A DNA stretch of 64,000 bases from an uncultured Methanomicrobiales archaeon (GCA_963758915.1 CAVWXH010000016.1:256001-320000), one strand, 5' to 3'. Shown: positions 31,910 through 44,390, counted from the first letter of the stretch. Notes: a model not told the origin generated them from the letters alone. Numbers and translations: made by a program.

Positions 31910-33922
31910 ATGTCCGAGATGGATGCCTACCGGGCACTCTATATCGCCGAATCGAGGGAAAACCACGAAAATATTGTAAAAAATCTTCTTGTGCTCGAGA
32001 ATGGGCCCGATGAAGCAGCTATCGCCGAAATTTTTCGTTCCGCCCATTCTCTTAAGGGCATGTCGGCAACGATGGGTTTTCAGCACATGGAGCGGGTCTG
32101 TCACGCAATGGAGGACGTGTTCCAGCTAATCAGGAGTGGCCAGCTGGAAGTCCACCAGGACCTCGTTGACCTTCTCCTTGCTGCATCCGATGATATTGAA
32201 CAGATGCTGGATGATATTGAGTCAGGGGGTCCTGGGACGATTGATAACCTCGAAGAACGGGTCCAGGTTCTCCTCGACTGGAAGGCGGATCAGCATCCAA
32301 AGGGAAACCTGAAAGCGGAATCCCTGCAACCAGAAAATACGGCAACGCTCACCGCGCAAACCAGGGATGATGCCCTGCTGGAGGAGAAGGAAGGGCAGTA
32401 CCAGATGCTGATAAGGCTCCGTGATGATTGTGACAGCATGAACCTGAGAGGAATGCTGCTGCTCCAGAACCTTGATCAATTTGGAACAATTATCCAGTGC
32501 ATACCTGACCGGGCAATTGTCGAAGATGGCGTATTTGATGGCACCCTCAGGGTGGTTATCAGGAGCGATGCCGGGATTGATGCATTAAAAACAGCTGCTT
32601 CGGTTTCTGATGTAAAGGAAGTCCTGTTCGGACCTGATATTGAACTGGACGAAGACGAGGCATTGCCAGGTCCCGCAGGTATTATCAAACCGGTCATCGT
32701 TCCAGATACCCCGGGAGTCGGAACTGAGCATTCACCCGGGGTCTCAAAACTGGTTAAGGAAGAGCGGGTCGATAAAAGCAGGGAAGTCAAGAACATCCGG
32801 GTAGATATAACGCGCCTTGACCAGATGATGAACCTGATAGAAGACCTTGTAATTAACCGGGGGAGACTGGCCCAGATTGCCCGGAAATTCCAGATAAAAG
32901 AACTGGATGAGACCCTGAACATGGTAGGCCGGTCGGTTTCTGACCTGCAGAACCTGATGATGAATATCAGGATGATCCCCCTGTCCCACATATTTAACCG
33001 TTTCCCACGAACAGTCCGCGACCTTGCGCATAAGGAGCAGAAAGAGGTAGAGTTTACTATTGAAGGGGGCGACACAGAACTTGACCGCAGTATCATGGAT
33101 GGTCTTAACGACCCCTTGCTTCACCTTATCAGGAACGGGGTCGACCATGGGATCGAAAAACCGGAAATCCGGATTAGATCAGGGAAACCCGGTAAAGGGA
33201 AGTTGAACCTGATAGCAAGTCGTGATCGTGACAATGTTGTCATTGTCATTGAAGATGACGGGGCCGGGATAAATCGTGAAAAAGTAGCCAGAAAGGCAAT
33301 TGAACGTGGATTGATCACTGAACTGCAGGCGGCGGAAATGACCGATGAAGCAGTATATGAACTCCTGTTCCTGCCTGGTTTCTCTACCGCCGAAAAGATC
33401 ACCGATGTAAGCGGCAGAGGAGTGGGTCTGGATGTTGTCAGGACCGCCATAGATAACCTGAAAGGGACGATTAAAGTAGAATCCTTTCCCGGGAAAGGGT
33501 CACGGTTCGAACTGGTCCTCCCACCAACGATGGCCATCGTAAATGTAATCATGGTCAGGATCAATGGTCGTCGCTGTGCGATCCCGGTGAATAATGTTGT
33601 TGAAGTGGCCGGTCTTTCCGTGAGCAGGATACATCATATCGGAACACAGGAAGCAATAATGATGAGGGACGAAGTATTACCACTTGACAGGCTGGAAGAC
33701 ATGTTTGGAAAATCTGACAGGACTGAGATCCTTGTGGTCCTCCAGCACCAGAACAAAAAGCGAACGATTGCAGTCGATATGATTGAAGGTCAACAGGAGG
33801 TCGTTATTAAGCCCCTGAGTTCGATGATCGGAGGGTGCCGTGGGATAAGTGGGATTACAATTCCCGGCGATGGGGAAGTGGTACCCGTGCTGGACGTAAA
33901 TGCAATTGTTAAGGAGAACTGA
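31910..33922 (+). CDS. cheA: Chemotaxis histidine kinase CheA
   Basis: HPt IFRSAHSLKGM, HLIRNGVDHGIE, DDGAGI, GFSTA..SGRGVGLDVV, C-terminal CheW-like domain. Confidence 0.97.
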   Translation: MSEMDAYRALYIAESRENHENIVKNLLVLENGPDEAAIAEIFRSAHSLKGMSATMGFQHMERVCHAMEDVFQLIRSGQLEVHQDLVDLLLAASDDIEQMLDDIESGGPGTIDNLEERVQVLLDWKADQHPKGNLKAESLQPENTATLTAQTRDDALLEEKEGQYQMLIRLRDDCDSMNLRGMLLLQNLDQFGTIIQCIPDRAIVEDGVFDGTLRVVIRSDAGIDALKTAASVSDVKEVLFGPDIELDEDEALPGPAGIIKPVIVPDTPGVGTEHSPGVSKLVKEERVDKSREVKNIRVDITRLDQMMNLIEDLVINRGRLAQIARKFQIKELDETLNMVGRSVSDLQNLMMNIRMIPLSHIFNRFPRTVRDLAHKEQKEVEFTIEGGDTELDRSIMDGLNDPLLHLIRNGVDHGIEKPEIRIRSGKPGKGKLNLIASRDRDNVVIVIEDDGAGINREKVARKAIERGLITELQAAEMTDEAVYELLFLPGFSTAEKITDVSGRGVGLDVVRTAIDNLKGTIKVESFPGKGSRFELVLPPTMAIVNVIMVRINGRRCAIPVNNVVEVAGLSVSRIHHIGTQEAIMMRDEVLPLDRLEDMFGKSDRTEILVVLQHQNKKRTIAVDMIEGQQEVVIKPLSSMIGGCRGISGITIPGDGEVVPVLDVNAIVKEN

Positions 33923-33923
33923 A

Positions 33924-34541
33924 ATGAAACTGACACATGTACAGACAGATGCACTTCAGGAACTCGGAAATATCGGGGCAGCCCACGCGGCAACAACACT
34001 TTCCACAATGCTTTCAGCAAATATTTCGATGAGTGTGCCGGAAATCAAAGTCATTGATATTTCAGAAATATACAAATATGTGGGTGACGAGATAGCAGCA
34101 CTGGTGTTGTTCCAGGTAAATGGAGAAGTAAAACCCGGGGGCTATCTCCTGTTATATATCCCTAAACCATCTGTAATCCGCCTTACGAATGCCATGCTCG
34201 GATTAACAGATATGGACCGGGAACTTGACGAGATGGACAGGAGTGCCCTCCTGGAGGTTGGGAATATTATGGTCTCGGCATTCCTGGACGGCACTGCGGA
34301 ACTTTTGAATATTATCATGCTGCCCTCCCCGCCTCAACTTGTCATCGATATGCCACATGCTGCAATTCAAAGTATCCTTGCATCACAGGAATCGGAAGAT
34401 ATCGATGAAGTTGTACTGTTCAAAACAGCGATGGTAAGTGATGCCCATAACATCCAGAGCAGTATCTTCCTGTTCCCAAACCACCCCATGCTTGAGGATA
34501 TTATCCGGAGGCTTGAGGAAATCCTTAATCCCCCGACCTGA
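33924..34541 (+). CDS. cheC: CheY-P phosphatase CheC
   Basis: Two active-site motifs, DALQELGNIG and SALLEVGNIM. Confidence 0.94.
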   Translation: MKLTHVQTDALQELGNIGAAHAATTLSTMLSANISMSVPEIKVIDISEIYKYVGDEIAALVLFQVNGEVKPGGYLLLYIPKPSVIRLTNAMLGLTDMDRELDEMDRSALLEVGNIMVSAFLDGTAELLNIIMLPSPPQLVIDMPHAAIQSILASQESEDIDEVVLFKTAMVSDAHNIQSSIFLFPNHPMLEDIIRRLEEILNPPT

Positions 34542-34557
34542 AAGGAAATAAGATGCC

Positions 34558-35046
34558 ATGAGTCTGATGCCCCCTGGAAACGATACGGTTATAATTGGTA
34601 TCGGTGAGTACCAGGTAGGTTCAATGCCCATGGCATCAATCGGGCTGGGTTCATGCGTCGGTCTCGTTATCCATGACCGGCAAACGGGTACCGGGGCTCT
34701 CGTTCATATCATGCTGCCATCATCACACGGGAAAACAGACCGGCCGGGAAAATATGCCGATAGTGCAATTGAAATACTGATTAAAGAATTAATTAAAAAA
34801 GGAAGCTCCCCTGCCAACCTGATTGCGAAAATAGCTGGCGGTTCGGCGATGTTCAAGACGTTTTCAGGAAATTTAAATATCGGTGAGCGAAACATCGAGG
34901 TGATCAGGAAACTCCTAAAGGAACAAAAAATTCCCGTTAAAGGGGAAGATGTCGGTGGATGCGTCGGTCGTACTATTTTCTATTATCCAAAGGAAAATGG
35001 CAAACTGGTCATTAAAAGAGGTGACGGGACATTCAATGAACTATAG
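34558..35046 (+). CDS. cheD: Receptor deamidase CheD
   Basis: GLGSCVG, HIMLP, KYAD, AKIAGG, IGERN, EDVGG..GR. Confidence 0.95.
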   Translation: MSLMPPGNDTVIIGIGEYQVGSMPMASIGLGSCVGLVIHDRQTGTGALVHIMLPSSHGKTDRPGKYADSAIEILIKELIKKGSSPANLIAKIAGGSAMFKTFSGNLNIGERNIEVIRKLLKEQKIPVKGEDVGGCVGRTIFYYPKENGKLVIKRGDGTFNEL

Positions 35047-35085
35047 GGCTTTGTTGAAACGCATTCAAATCTATTTTGCAGATTC
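35047..35085 (-). mobile_element. MITE family end fragment (copy F)
   Basis: ggctttgttgaaac followed by aaatctattttgcagatt, which is identical to the stretch in copy C. Starts right after the cheD stop. Confidence 0.6.
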
Positions 35086-35160
35086 TTTTTAAAACAGGCA
35101 GGATTTCACTAAAATAATACAGGTGTATTTTCCCGGGGGTGTTTCCGTTATCAGAAATTA

Positions 35161-35706
35161 TTACATTATAAATACGGCAGCTGCAATAACCGTTGTCCAT
35201 AACCCGCTTTTCTCGCCTTGAGCAGACTGGCATATATGGGTTGTCCTGAATATTTTTCCGCTGGCCATGTAGATCTGTTCCCGTTCCTGCCATGCCTGAT
35301 TAATATCAAACTCAATACCGAATGTTGTTGCAAGCATGGTTGCCGCAAGGTCTTCTGCATATTCTCCGGTCTGTTCAGAAGTTTCACCATAAGCGTGGTG
35401 TTCAGAGAGGTACCCGTATTCCTGTGTATCTTTGGGGAGCGCAAGGCCTATCGCTGCGGATATTAAACGGTTTGGCTCGTTAGTCTCATTCTTTGCCATT
35501 ACTACATAGGTGATCTCACCGGCCTGGAGAAGTTGCAGCCCTTCTTCAACCGAGAGCTGCTTGCAGTTTGGTGGAAAAATTGAGGAAACGTAGACGAGGT
35601 TACACTTTTCTATGCCCGCCTTTCGAAGTGCCAGCTCAAATGAAGCAAGGCGGTCTTTATGCATACCGAACCCGCGTGTAAAAAATATTTTTTTCGGAAC
35701 AGCCAT
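35161..35706 (-). CDS. pdaD: Pyruvoyl-dependent arginine decarboxylase
   Basis: [21 protein letters not shown] (Ser-Ser cleavage site), [16 protein letters not shown]. Confidence 0.93.
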   Translation of the reverse strand: MAVPKKIFFTRGFGMHKDRLASFELALRKAGIEKCNLVYVSSIFPPNCKQLSVEEGLQLLQAGEITYVVMAKNETNEPNRLISAAIGLALPKDTQEYGYLSEHHAYGETSEQTGEYAEDLAATMLATTFGIEFDINQAWQEREQIYMASGKIFRTTHICQSAQGEKSGLWTTVIAAAVFIM

Positions 35707-36032
35707 AGAGCTTTTTTTGATTTATGTGGTTTTTAATCTTTCTTTCCTGGAAAAATAGGATACATGCTTAACCAGGTATGCGACCGTGACAAAATATTAC
35801 GTGAATACCATAACAGGGGGATAAATGTTCTTTTTTATGTCAGGAAGCAGATGATAGTTGCTGGAGAGTGCCGGAAGAAGAAAAGATGCCGGAAAGAATT
35901 ATTGGCTATAACTTCCGGGATAATGGTTATGTCTTGCTTTGAAATTTACTGGCGGGTATAACAAATATTTAAGCAATGGCCTCAATAATAATAGTACTGA
36001 AATTGTATTCAGTACATCACAAGGAGGATTTA

Positions 36033-36854
36033 ATGAAAAACGGAAAAAGTTTACTCTGTATTCTATCTGTCTTTCTGGTGCTTGCAACACTCAGCATCAG
36101 TGTGACGGCAGATGGAGTGAACCAGACCACTGAAATTCAGGGTATTACAACCAGTACCTATATTGATGTTGTTGGAATGGCGAGTAACACTGTTGAACTC
36201 GCATGGACTTCCAGCAGTGGATCAATCCAGGACAATCCCCCGCTTTCGGATGGGAATAGTCCAGACTACGGTATACTCTGAAAACACCAATGCGATGAAC
36301 GGGCACACCGTATATGTTAAGGATTTCAGTGTCAATACCGGCAACCAGGTCATTGGACAGAGCAATGTCGAATCATCACCGTCAGATCACATTTGAGGGG
36401 TATGATGGTGGAAATATGGTCTCTGACGAGAGCCTGCTTAATCGATACTGCGGGTAATCCAACATCGGCTGCAGGACAGTTCCTCTGTCCGTTTGGTGCA
36501 TCCGGGACCAGCACTCTCCCTGCATTCTGTAACATCGTACAGGCCGGAAGCCATATTGACAGTACGATTATCTCGCTCTCGACACAGGCATCCAGCCGGA
36601 CCGTTATGGCAACAGCAGATGTCCCGGTTGCATTGACTTATAGTATCAATGCCCACGGGGTTAATACGGCAAATGGTGTTATTCCGGCCCAGGGATTAGT
36701 CTCCGCATACATGAAAGTACACCTGCAGGGAGGAAGTGGAAACACAACCACCAAGGCGTCAGATCTTACGTATGAAGATAAATCTTCGGTAAACGGAATT
36801 ATTAATTCCTTTACAAAGTCCTATGCCTACCAGTCAGGGGCAAAGATGTTATGA
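36033..36854 (+). pseudogene. Secreted beta-rich protein resembling the Methanospirillum sheath protein MspA family, with about 3 frameshifts
   Basis: AAGGAGG RBS and signal peptide. Segments QGITTST, YSENT..VNTGNQV.GQSNV, ITFEG.DGG, LCPF...PAFCNIVQAGS and YQSG lie in successive frames. Family assignment is from memory. Confidence 0.6.
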
Positions 36855-36906
36855 GAACAGAATCCTGAGAATTCGCAGTCGCGATTATTCGGGGAAAATA
36901 ATCCTC

Positions 36907-36919
36907 CTTTTTTTTTTTT
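36907..36919 (+). terminator. Oligo-T tract, probable archaeal intrinsic terminator
   Basis: Run of about 12 T some 50 bp after the stop at 36854. Confidence 0.4.
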
Positions 36920-37045
36920 ATCTATTAATACTCCTGATATCCTGCAGGGATCTGGTGCAGATAAAATTTGCATCCTCTTGTGTCCTGATTCTTTGTCTCC
37001 TGCAACATCGTTAATAAGTTGCCGGACACATTAAATATGGAAATC

Positions 37046-38101
37046 ATGAAGGCAGTTCTTGGTCTGGAAGATGGGACATACGTGACTGGTGAAGGGTTCG
37101 GGGTTGAAGGAGAGTGCAGGGGAGAACTCGTTTTCTCAACCCAGATGACCGGTTACATGGAAGCCCTCACCGACCCGAGCTATTTTGGACAAATGCTGCT
37201 TTTCACGTACCCTCTTATTGGGAATTATGGTGTTGACCTGCAAAATTTCCAGGCAAAAAAACCATGGGCGCTCGCTTGTCTTGCCCGTGAAATATGTGCT
37301 GCACCTTCCACTGGTATACCCATGCTCCGCTATTTTGAAGATAACGGCCTGCTTGGGATGAGTGGTATCGATACACGAATGCTTACTATCAAAACTCGGG
37401 TCATGGGGACGCTCAGGGCTGCCCTGGTTACCGGTGATGATAATGGCGAATATGCTGTTGAGCGTGCAGCAACAGCCCCGCAGATTTCAGATGAAGATCT
37501 TATCCCGGCCGTCTCCTGTAAAGAACCATATCGTGTTGAGGGCCGGGGAAAACGTATAGCGGTAATTGACCTCGGAATAAAGAAAAATATGGTAATAAGT
37601 CTGCGGAAACGTGACGCAGATGTGTATGTATACCCTTATAATGCAGGCACTTCCGACATTCTTGAATGCAAACCTGATGCACTATTTATCAGCAACGGGC
37701 CCGGGGACCCTGTCCATGCGACCCATGCAATACAATGTGTGGATGAACTTTCTGGTGACCTTCCAATTTTTGGGATCTGCATGGGTAACCAGGTCTGTGG
37801 ACTTGCTCTCGGCGCCAAAACCTATAAAATGAAATTCGGGCACAGAGGTACAAACCAGCCTGTCAGGAATAGTGACGGGAAGATCTATATCACGACCCAG
37901 AACCACGGCTATGCCGTTGCTGCAGATACCCTTCCTGAAGGGTGCCGGGTCTCGTTTGAAAATGTGAATGACGGGACTCTTGAAGGGTTTACGAACGATG
38001 ATCTTAACGTGACCACTGTCCAATTCCATCCCGAGGCGCATGGAGGTCCGCGGGACACTGAGGCTTATTTTTTTGATTCAATGTTCCGGAGGATCTCCTG
38101 A
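37046..38101 (+). CDS. carA: Carbamoyl-phosphate synthase small subunit
   Basis: GELVF.T.MTGY.EALTDPSY, SNGPGDP, GICMG, QNHGY, QFHPE. Confidence 0.97.
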   Translation: MKAVLGLEDGTYVTGEGFGVEGECRGELVFSTQMTGYMEALTDPSYFGQMLLFTYPLIGNYGVDLQNFQAKKPWALACLAREICAAPSTGIPMLRYFEDNGLLGMSGIDTRMLTIKTRVMGTLRAALVTGDDNGEYAVERAATAPQISDEDLIPAVSCKEPYRVEGRGKRIAVIDLGIKKNMVISLRKRDADVYVYPYNAGTSDILECKPDALFISNGPGDPVHATHAIQCVDELSGDLPIFGICMGNQVCGLALGAKTYKMKFGHRGTNQPVRNSDGKIYITTQNHGYAVAADTLPEGCRVSFENVNDGTLEGFTNDDLNVTTVQFHPEAHGGPRDTEAYFFDSMFRRIS

Positions 38102-41100
38102 TGCCCAGGCTCCCGCACATTAAAAAAGTGCTCCTGATAGGGTCCGGGCCAATCCAGATCGGACAGGCGGCCGAGTTTGACTTCTCCGGTTCCCAGGCCT
38201 GCCGGGCCCTGCGTGAAGAGGGGGTTAAGGTTGTCCTCGTAAATTCCAACCCGGCCACTATTCAGACCGACCCTGATATGGCAGACGAGGTATATATCGA
38301 GCCTCTCAGGGCAGATATTATTGCAAAAATTATAGAAAAAGAGCGCCCTGATGGAATTCTTTCCGGGATGGGAGGGCAGACCGGGCTGAATATGACCGCG
38401 GAACTTGCAGAACGGGGTGCATTACAAGGTGTTGAAATCCTCGGGACCCCGCTTGAAGCAATTTACCAGGGAGAAGACCGCGAAAAATTCCGCGAGCTGA
38501 TGAAAAAGATCGGTGAACCCGTCCCCATCAGTTATATCCTCAATGATATCAGGCAGATTGAAGAGGCGTTACAATGTGTCGGGCTTCCGGCGATTATCCG
38601 GCCCGCTTATACTCTTGGTGGTGCAGGGGGCGGTATTGCACAGACGAAGGAAGAACTCGTCCGGATCACAGAATCCGGGTTGAACCGATCGCGAATCCGC
38701 CAGGTCCTCATTGAACAGAGTGTCCAGGGCTGGAAAGAAATTGAATTTGAAGTGATGAGGGACGCATCTGACACCTGCGTCATCATCTGCGGGATGGAGA
38801 ATGTTGACCCGATGGGCATTCATACAGGTGAAAGTGTCGTCGTTGCCCCGATCCTGACGCTCAGGGACGATGAATTCCAGATGATGCGTTCTGCTGCCAT
38901 TAAGATCATCCGTGCCCTCGATGTCCAGGGCGGTTGCAATATCCAGTTTGCTTTTAAGGAAGGTGATTACCGGGTAATTGAAGTTAATCCGCGTGTTTCC
39001 CGATCTTCTGCGCTCGCCTCAAAGGCTACCGGGTACCCTATCGCCCGTGTTGCAGCGAAAATTGCAATTGGTCTCCGTCTCGATGAAATTACGAACAGTG
39101 TCACCGGCTGCACCATGGCATCATTTGAACCGTCAATTGATTATATCGTGGTCAAAGTGCCACGGTGGCCATTTGACAAATTCAAGAGTGCTGACAGGAC
39201 CCTCACAACTGCCATGAAAAGTACCGGGGAAATAATGGCCATAGGCCGCACACTGGAAGAGGCCTTCAAAAAAGCTCTCAGGTCGGTTGATACCGATGTA
39301 ACGGTCCATACAAACCCGAGCGAGATTAGGATGATCCTGTCCCGCCCGACTGATGAACGGTTTGCCTGCCTGTTCGATGCATTCCGCCAGGGTTTCACAG
39401 CGGAAGAAATTTTCAACCTGACGAAAATCACACCATTTTTCCTCGAAAAAATTAAAAATATTGTCGAAATGGAACAGTCCCTCGCGGTAAATGCCAGCAT
39501 CGGGGATATCAGGCGTGCCAAAATTTACGGGTTCTCAAACCTTGAACTCAAAGAATTAACCGGAAAGAGCTGGAAAGAGATAGAAAAAATTACTGGTTCT
39601 CCGACCTACAAAATGGTCGATACCTGTGCCGCAGAATTCCCTGCAACGACTCCCTATTTCTACTCGACGTGGGATACCGAGAGCGAGATAATTCCTGATA
39701 ATAAACAGAAAGTGCTTATCATTGGCTCCGGGCCCATCAGGATCGGGCAGGGAATTGAATTTGATTACTGCACGGTCCATGCGGTGATGGCGCTCCGTGA
39801 AGCGGGTGTTATTGTCCATATTGTCAATAACAACCCCGAGACCGTTTCTACTGATTCAGATACATCAGACCGGTTGTTCTTCGAGCCGATGCAACTTGAA
39901 GATATCATGAACATCATCAAATCTGACAATTATTACGGCGTTATGGTCCAGTTTGGCGGACAGAATTCTGTTAATCTTGCAGTCCCGATTGAAAAAGAAA
40001 TAAAAAGGCTTAAATTAACTACAAAAATACTCGGTACTTCACCGGATGCGATGGATATCGCAGAAGACCGTGACAGGTTCAGTCTTCTCCTCGATAAGCT
40101 GGACATCCCGGCACCCCCCAATTCTTCAGCATTCTCTGCCGAAGAGGCCCGCGCGAAAGCAAAAAAAATCGGCTATCCCGTGCTCGTGCGTCCTTCCTAT
40201 GTACTCGGCGGACGTGCGATGGAGATTGTCCACGATGAGACTGAACTTGATACGTACATGAAAGAAGCTGTCAGGGTCAGCCGGAACCATCCCGTGTTGA
40301 TCGATTCATTCCTCCAGAACGCAATTGAACTTGATGTAGATGCAGTCTGTGACGGGAGCGAGGTACTTATTGGGGGGATCATGGAGCATATCGAGGAAGC
40401 GGGTGTTCATAGTGGTGATTCGGCCTGCGTGATACCTACACAATCCCTTTCAAAATCTGTCCTCTCCAGGGTAAGGGACTATACCAGGAAAATTGCGCTT
40501 GGACTCGGTGTGGTGGGAATGGTAAATCTCCAGCTGGCCGTTAAAAATGATATCGTGTATGTCCTCGAGGCAAACCCGAGAGCCAGCAGGACTGTGCCGT
40601 TTGTGAGCAAGGCTACCGGCATTCCCCTGGCAAAAATTGCCGCCAAAACGATGATGGGAAAGAAACTGTCAGAACTCGGGTACAAGGAACGGGACATTAA
40701 GCATGTCGCGGTGAAAGAAGTCCTCCTCCCGTTCAACAAGTTACCGGGTGTTGATACGGTACTTGGTCCCGAAATGAAGAGTACCGGTGAGGTGATGGGG
40801 ATCGATTACGATTTCGGCCGTGCATATTACAAAGCAAGTATTTCGGCTGACAACGAACTCCCCATGGAGGGCAATGTATTCATTTCCGTATCAAATGAAC
40901 AAAAAGACGAAGCAATTGCTATATCACGGAAACTGAAAGGACTAGGGCTTACATTATACGGTACATCGGGGACTGTTGAATACCTTACACAGGCAGGTAT
41001 TGAAGCCAACCTTGTCCGGAAGGTGCAGGAAGGGTCGCCAAACGTGATTGACCTGCTCAGGAGGGGCGAGATCCGTCTCATTATCAATACCCCGAAAGGG

Positions 41101-41265
41101 AAGCAGTCAAGGCAGGACCATTACCAGATAATGCGTGCTGCGGTTGATTATGCCGTCCCGTACATCACCACGCTCCAGGCAGCAAAAGCCGCAGCGCTTG
41201 CGATCGATGCGATGAAAAGAGAGAAGATAACGCTCGAACCTATCAGTCATTATATCGGAGTGTAA
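38101..41265 (+). CDS. carB: Carbamoyl-phosphate synthase large subunit
   Basis: Two ATP-grasp halves ([14 protein letters not shown] and [14 protein letters not shown]) and an MGS domain. Confidence 0.98.
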   Translation: MPRLPHIKKVLLIGSGPIQIGQAAEFDFSGSQACRALREEGVKVVLVNSNPATIQTDPDMADEVYIEPLRADIIAKIIEKERPDGILSGMGGQTGLNMTAELAERGALQGVEILGTPLEAIYQGEDREKFRELMKKIGEPVPISYILNDIRQIEEALQCVGLPAIIRPAYTLGGAGGGIAQTKEELVRITESGLNRSRIRQVLIEQSVQGWKEIEFEVMRDASDTCVIICGMENVDPMGIHTGESVVVAPILTLRDDEFQMMRSAAIKIIRALDVQGGCNIQFAFKEGDYRVIEVNPRVSRSSALASKATGYPIARVAAKIAIGLRLDEITNSVTGCTMASFEPSIDYIVVKVPRWPFDKFKSADRTLTTAMKSTGEIMAIGRTLEEAFKKALRSVDTDVTVHTNPSEIRMILSRPTDERFACLFDAFRQGFTAEEIFNLTKITPFFLEKIKNIVEMEQSLAVNASIGDIRRAKIYGFSNLELKELTGKSWKEIEKITGSPTYKMVDTCAAEFPATTPYFYSTWDTESEIIPDNKQKVLIIGSGPIRIGQGIEFDYCTVHAVMALREAGVIVHIVNNNPETVSTDSDTSDRLFFEPMQLEDIMNIIKSDNYYGVMVQFGGQNSVNLAVPIEKEIKRLKLTTKILGTSPDAMDIAEDRDRFSLLLDKLDIPAPPNSSAFSAEEARAKAKKIGYPVLVRPSYVLGGRAMEIVHDETELDTYMKEAVRVSRNHPVLIDSFLQNAIELDVDAVCDGSEVLIGGIMEHIEEAGVHSGDSACVIPTQSLSKSVLSRVRDYTRKIALGLGVVGMVNLQLAVKNDIVYVLEANPRASRTVPFVSKATGIPLAKIAAKTMMGKKLSELGYKERDIKHVAVKEVLLPFNKLPGVDTVLGPEMKSTGEVMGIDYDFGRAYYKASISADNELPMEGNVFISVSNEQKDEAIAISRKLKGLGLTLYGTSGTVEYLTQAGIEANLVRKVQEGSPNVIDLLRRGEIRLIINTPKGKQSRQDHYQIMRAAVDYAVPYITTLQAAKAAALAIDAMKREKITLEPISHYIGV

Positions 41266-41269
41266 TTCT

Positions 41270-42472
41270 ATGGGAAAAGGAACAGTTGTACTTGCATACA
41301 GTGGCGGGCTTGACACCTCGATCTGTATTCCACTCCTGCGGGAGGACTATCATTATGACCGGGTAGTTACCGTAGCCGTCAACGTCGGCCAGCGGGACGA
41401 AGAGATTGCGGTTGCGACAGAGAAAGGTAACCGGTTCGCCGATAAACATTATACCCTCGATGTCCGTGAAAAATTTGTTCATGATTACCTTTTCCCTGCT
41501 ATAAAGGCAAACGGTTCATACGAGGGTTACCCAATGGGGACTTCACTGGCCCGGCCACTGATTGCAGAGGAGGTTGTGGCTGTTGCCCGGAAAGAAGGTG
41601 CAACGGCGATAGGTCATGGCTGCACGGGAAAGGGGAACGACCAGCTCAGGTTCGATTTCATCATCAGGAGTGCTGGTCTTGAAGTTATTGCCCCAATCCG
41701 GGAGAAAAACCTCACGCGTGACTGGGAGATTGAATATGCGAAGAAACATAATATCCCCGTACCGGTCGCGAAAGATAAACCATGGAGCATGGACGAGAAC
41801 TGCTGGAGCAGGAGTATTGAAGGGGGGAGACTTGAAGACCCGTCGTACCATACCCCCGAAGAAATTTACCTCTGGACTGTTGCCCCGGAGAATGCACCCG
41901 ATTCAACTGAAAATGTAACGATACAGTTCGAATCTGGTGTTCCGGTCGCCCTTAATGGTACCAGGATGAACGGGTATGACCTTATACAGAAGCTGAACCT
42001 GATTGCGGGTAACAACGGGATAGGCCGGAATGATATGATCGAAGACCGGATTCTTGGCCTGAAAGCAAGAGAGGTCTATGAGCACCCTGCAGCAAGCACC
42101 CTGCTCTTCGCCCACCATGATCTCGAACGCCTCGTTCTTACCAGGGCAGAACTCCAGTTCAAACAGATGGTCGATGAAAAGTGGTCGGAACTTGCCTACA
42201 TGGGCCTCGTCCATGAGCCCCTGTTTCATGCACTGAATGCATTCATCGACACAACCCAGGAACGGATGAACGGGACAGTTGAACTTGCACTCTATAAAGG
42301 CAGTATTCGTGTATTAGGACGTTCCTCCCCGGATGGCATTTATTCTGATGACCTGGTCTCGTTCGACAGCAGTTCTATTGACCAGTGTCATGCCATCGGG
42401 GTATCCCATTATTATGGCATGCAGGCACGCCTGGTAATGCAGAAAAAACAGGCACGCCTCGCTAAAAAATAG
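41270..42472 (+). CDS. argG: Argininosuccinate synthase
   Basis: [30 protein letters not shown]. Confidence 0.97.
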   Translation: MGKGTVVLAYSGGLDTSICIPLLREDYHYDRVVTVAVNVGQRDEEIAVATEKGNRFADKHYTLDVREKFVHDYLFPAIKANGSYEGYPMGTSLARPLIAEEVVAVARKEGATAIGHGCTGKGNDQLRFDFIIRSAGLEVIAPIREKNLTRDWEIEYAKKHNIPVPVAKDKPWSMDENCWSRSIEGGRLEDPSYHTPEEIYLWTVAPENAPDSTENVTIQFESGVPVALNGTRMNGYDLIQKLNLIAGNNGIGRNDMIEDRILGLKAREVYEHPAASTLLFAHHDLERLVLTRAELQFKQMVDEKWSELAYMGLVHEPLFHALNAFIDTTQERMNGTVELALYKGSIRVLGRSSPDGIYSDDLVSFDSSSIDQCHAIGVSHYYGMQARLVMQKKQARLAKK

Positions 42473-42482
42473 GATATCTATC

Positions 42483-42733
42483 TGCTCTTTTTTTTACCAG
42501 GAATAAAAATTCTCAGACAGGAGGTGGTTTCACCCCCTCCCTGCCCCACCCCCGATAAGATATTCATTGGCAGGGTTCAATTGGGATATTCAAGGAAATT
42601 TCAGAGATTTGTAGGTCATTCCCTATCCCAACCGGGGCCGCCAAAGCGGCGGGGCGGAGCCCAGGCCGCGTAAGTAAACTTCAGGAACCAATTAAGACCA
42701 GTAAGGTGGATTTTAGAGGAAATTTACAGGGCC
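42483..42733 (+). mobile_element. MITE family copy D (diverged)
   Basis: Core gacaggaggtggtttcaccccctccctgccccacccc...ctatcccaaccggggccgccaaagcggc, right end aatttacagggcc. Left end degenerate. Lies between convergent genes. Confidence 0.8.
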
Positions 42734-42772
42734 GTAGTATCTGAAAATAAAGATATGGAAAAAATTATGGTT

Positions 42773-43177
42773 TTAAAGCACTTTGTTGCCTGCCCCTGGC
42801 CCGGGAAGACAACTGTATACTTCGGTGATCTTCATAATTACCAGAGATTTTGCAGGAGCATCTGGTTTCTTATCGACAACCATTTTTTTCATCTTTTCAT
42901 AATCCGGGCCATTGGTTTTTATTTCAGTTGATCCCTTGACCTGGAAACATTTTTTGTTATCCGCGTCCCAGATGTACAAGGCGACCTTAGGGTTTTCCCT
43001 GAGATTTGTAATGGTCTTGTTCATGTAATTGTCTGCTATCCATATCGTGTCATCATGAACGAGGACGACGAATGCGATGGGGGCCACATTCGGGATCCCT
43101 GTCTTTGACGATGTTGCAACCGGAAACAGCTTGATTTTTCCGAATGTCTCTTTAATTTCTGCGGTTAATGCTACCAT
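42773..43177 (-). CDS. Pyridoxamine 5'-phosphate oxidase-like FMN-binding protein
   Basis: VATSSK.G.PNVAP, ADNYMNKT..NLRENPKV, FQVKG. Confidence 0.88.
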   Translation of the reverse strand: MVALTAEIKETFGKIKLFPVATSSKTGIPNVAPIAFVVLVHDDTIWIADNYMNKTITNLRENPKVALYIWDADNKKCFQVKGSTEIKTNGPDYEKMKKMVVDKKPDAPAKSLVIMKITEVYSCLPGPGAGNKVL

Positions 43178-43430
43178 ATCCTATCCTTCCCGGACGACCA
43201 TAATTAAGGCCGTTGTATTCCATTTATACGTATTTCTTTTATGCTTTTTGATACGGATTCGAAGACACGGCCCTTGTCTTATGGAAACTGGTATTGATGA
43301 TGTCATGTTGAAAGCCAGGAGAGATCAGACGGTAGTATGCTCCTGGTTTTTCCAGGGTCAGCGATGGCTGATGATGCCTGCAGTCCTGTCCCGAAGGTGC
43401 TATCTTGCAGTATTTCAACTATATAGTACG

Positions 43431-44390
43431 ATGAATCCGGTTATTGCTGTTGACCTTGGTGCCACGAATATCCGCGTAGCATTGATTTCAGGGGACGGCG
43501 TAATCGGGAAAAAGATTTCAGCCCTGACTCCGGCTTTTCCGGAGACCCCTGAAGATATCACGGATGTTATTATTGGAATGATCCGTTCGGTTGTAAAGGG
43601 AATAACAATGTCAGAACTGGATGGTATTGGTATCTGCGCAGCCGGCCCGGTAAATTCATACAGGGGTACCGTTATCAACCCTCCACATATTGCACTGTCG
43701 GTAATCCCGCTGGCTGCACCTATCAGCAAAGAATTCGAGCTTCCGGTCCGTCTCATCAATGACTGTCCTGCCGGTGCGCTCGGCGAGCTGTATTTTGGCG
43801 ACGGGAAGGGGTGCGGTGACTTTGTCTATATTACTCTGTCAACAGGTATAGGCGGCGGCGTGGTTTCCAATGGGAACATATTGCTCGGACGGAATGGAAA
43901 TGCGGCAGAAATAGGCCATTTCCATGTTGATACCCGCTATAATGCCATATGCGGCTGCGGCTGCACCGGGCACTGGGAAGCATATGCATCAGGCAGGCAT
44001 ATACCGGTATTTTTCTCCCGCTGGTGCCTGGAAAACAATATCGCGATTACCGGGGACTGGTCAAGCTCGCCGTCCGGAATTTTTGAGGCTGTTAAAGCCG
44101 GGTACCCCGGTATTGATGATTTTATGAATGAACTCGCCCGTATCAATGCCCGGGGAATATCAGATGTAATTGTCGCATACGATCCCTCGCGTATCATCCT
44201 GGACGGGAGTGTAATCCGGAATAACAGCGAACTGTTACTCCCCCTGCTCGAAAGGTATATTGACCGTTTCCTGCCGTTGCCGGAGATAAGGTTGAGCGGG
44301 CTTAATGGTCTTGCACCCCTGCTTGGAGCATCTGTTATTGCCCGTGGCTATGATACGGCAGCCGGGTCTCTCCTGGCAGGGGGTAAATGA
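43431..44390 (+). CDS. ROK-family sugar kinase
   Basis: AVDLGATNIR, INDC.AGALGE, LSTGIGGG, AEIGH, CGCG..GHWEAYAS. Confidence 0.9.
   Translation: MNPVIAVDLGATNIRVALISGDGVIGKKISALTPAFPETPEDITDVIIGMIRSVVKGITMSELDGIGICAAGPVNSYRGTVINPPHIALSVIPLAAPISKEFELPVRLINDCPAGALGELYFGDGKGCGDFVYITLSTGIGGGVVSNGNILLGRNGNAAEIGHFHVDTRYNAICGCGCTGHWEAYASGRHIPVFFSRWCLENNIAITGDWSSSPSGIFEAVKAGYPGIDDFMNELARINARGISDVIVAYDPSRIILDGSVIRNNSELLLPLLERYIDRFLPLPEIRLSGLNGLAPLLGASVIARGYDTAAGSLLAGGK

Noticed and set aside
43295-43375. TGATGA...CTGA boxes around an 11-bp hairpin, possible C/D sRNA (similar weak pattern at 55303-55337)
   Set aside because: No clear C'/D' boxes or identifiable guide complementarity. Such motifs arise by chance.
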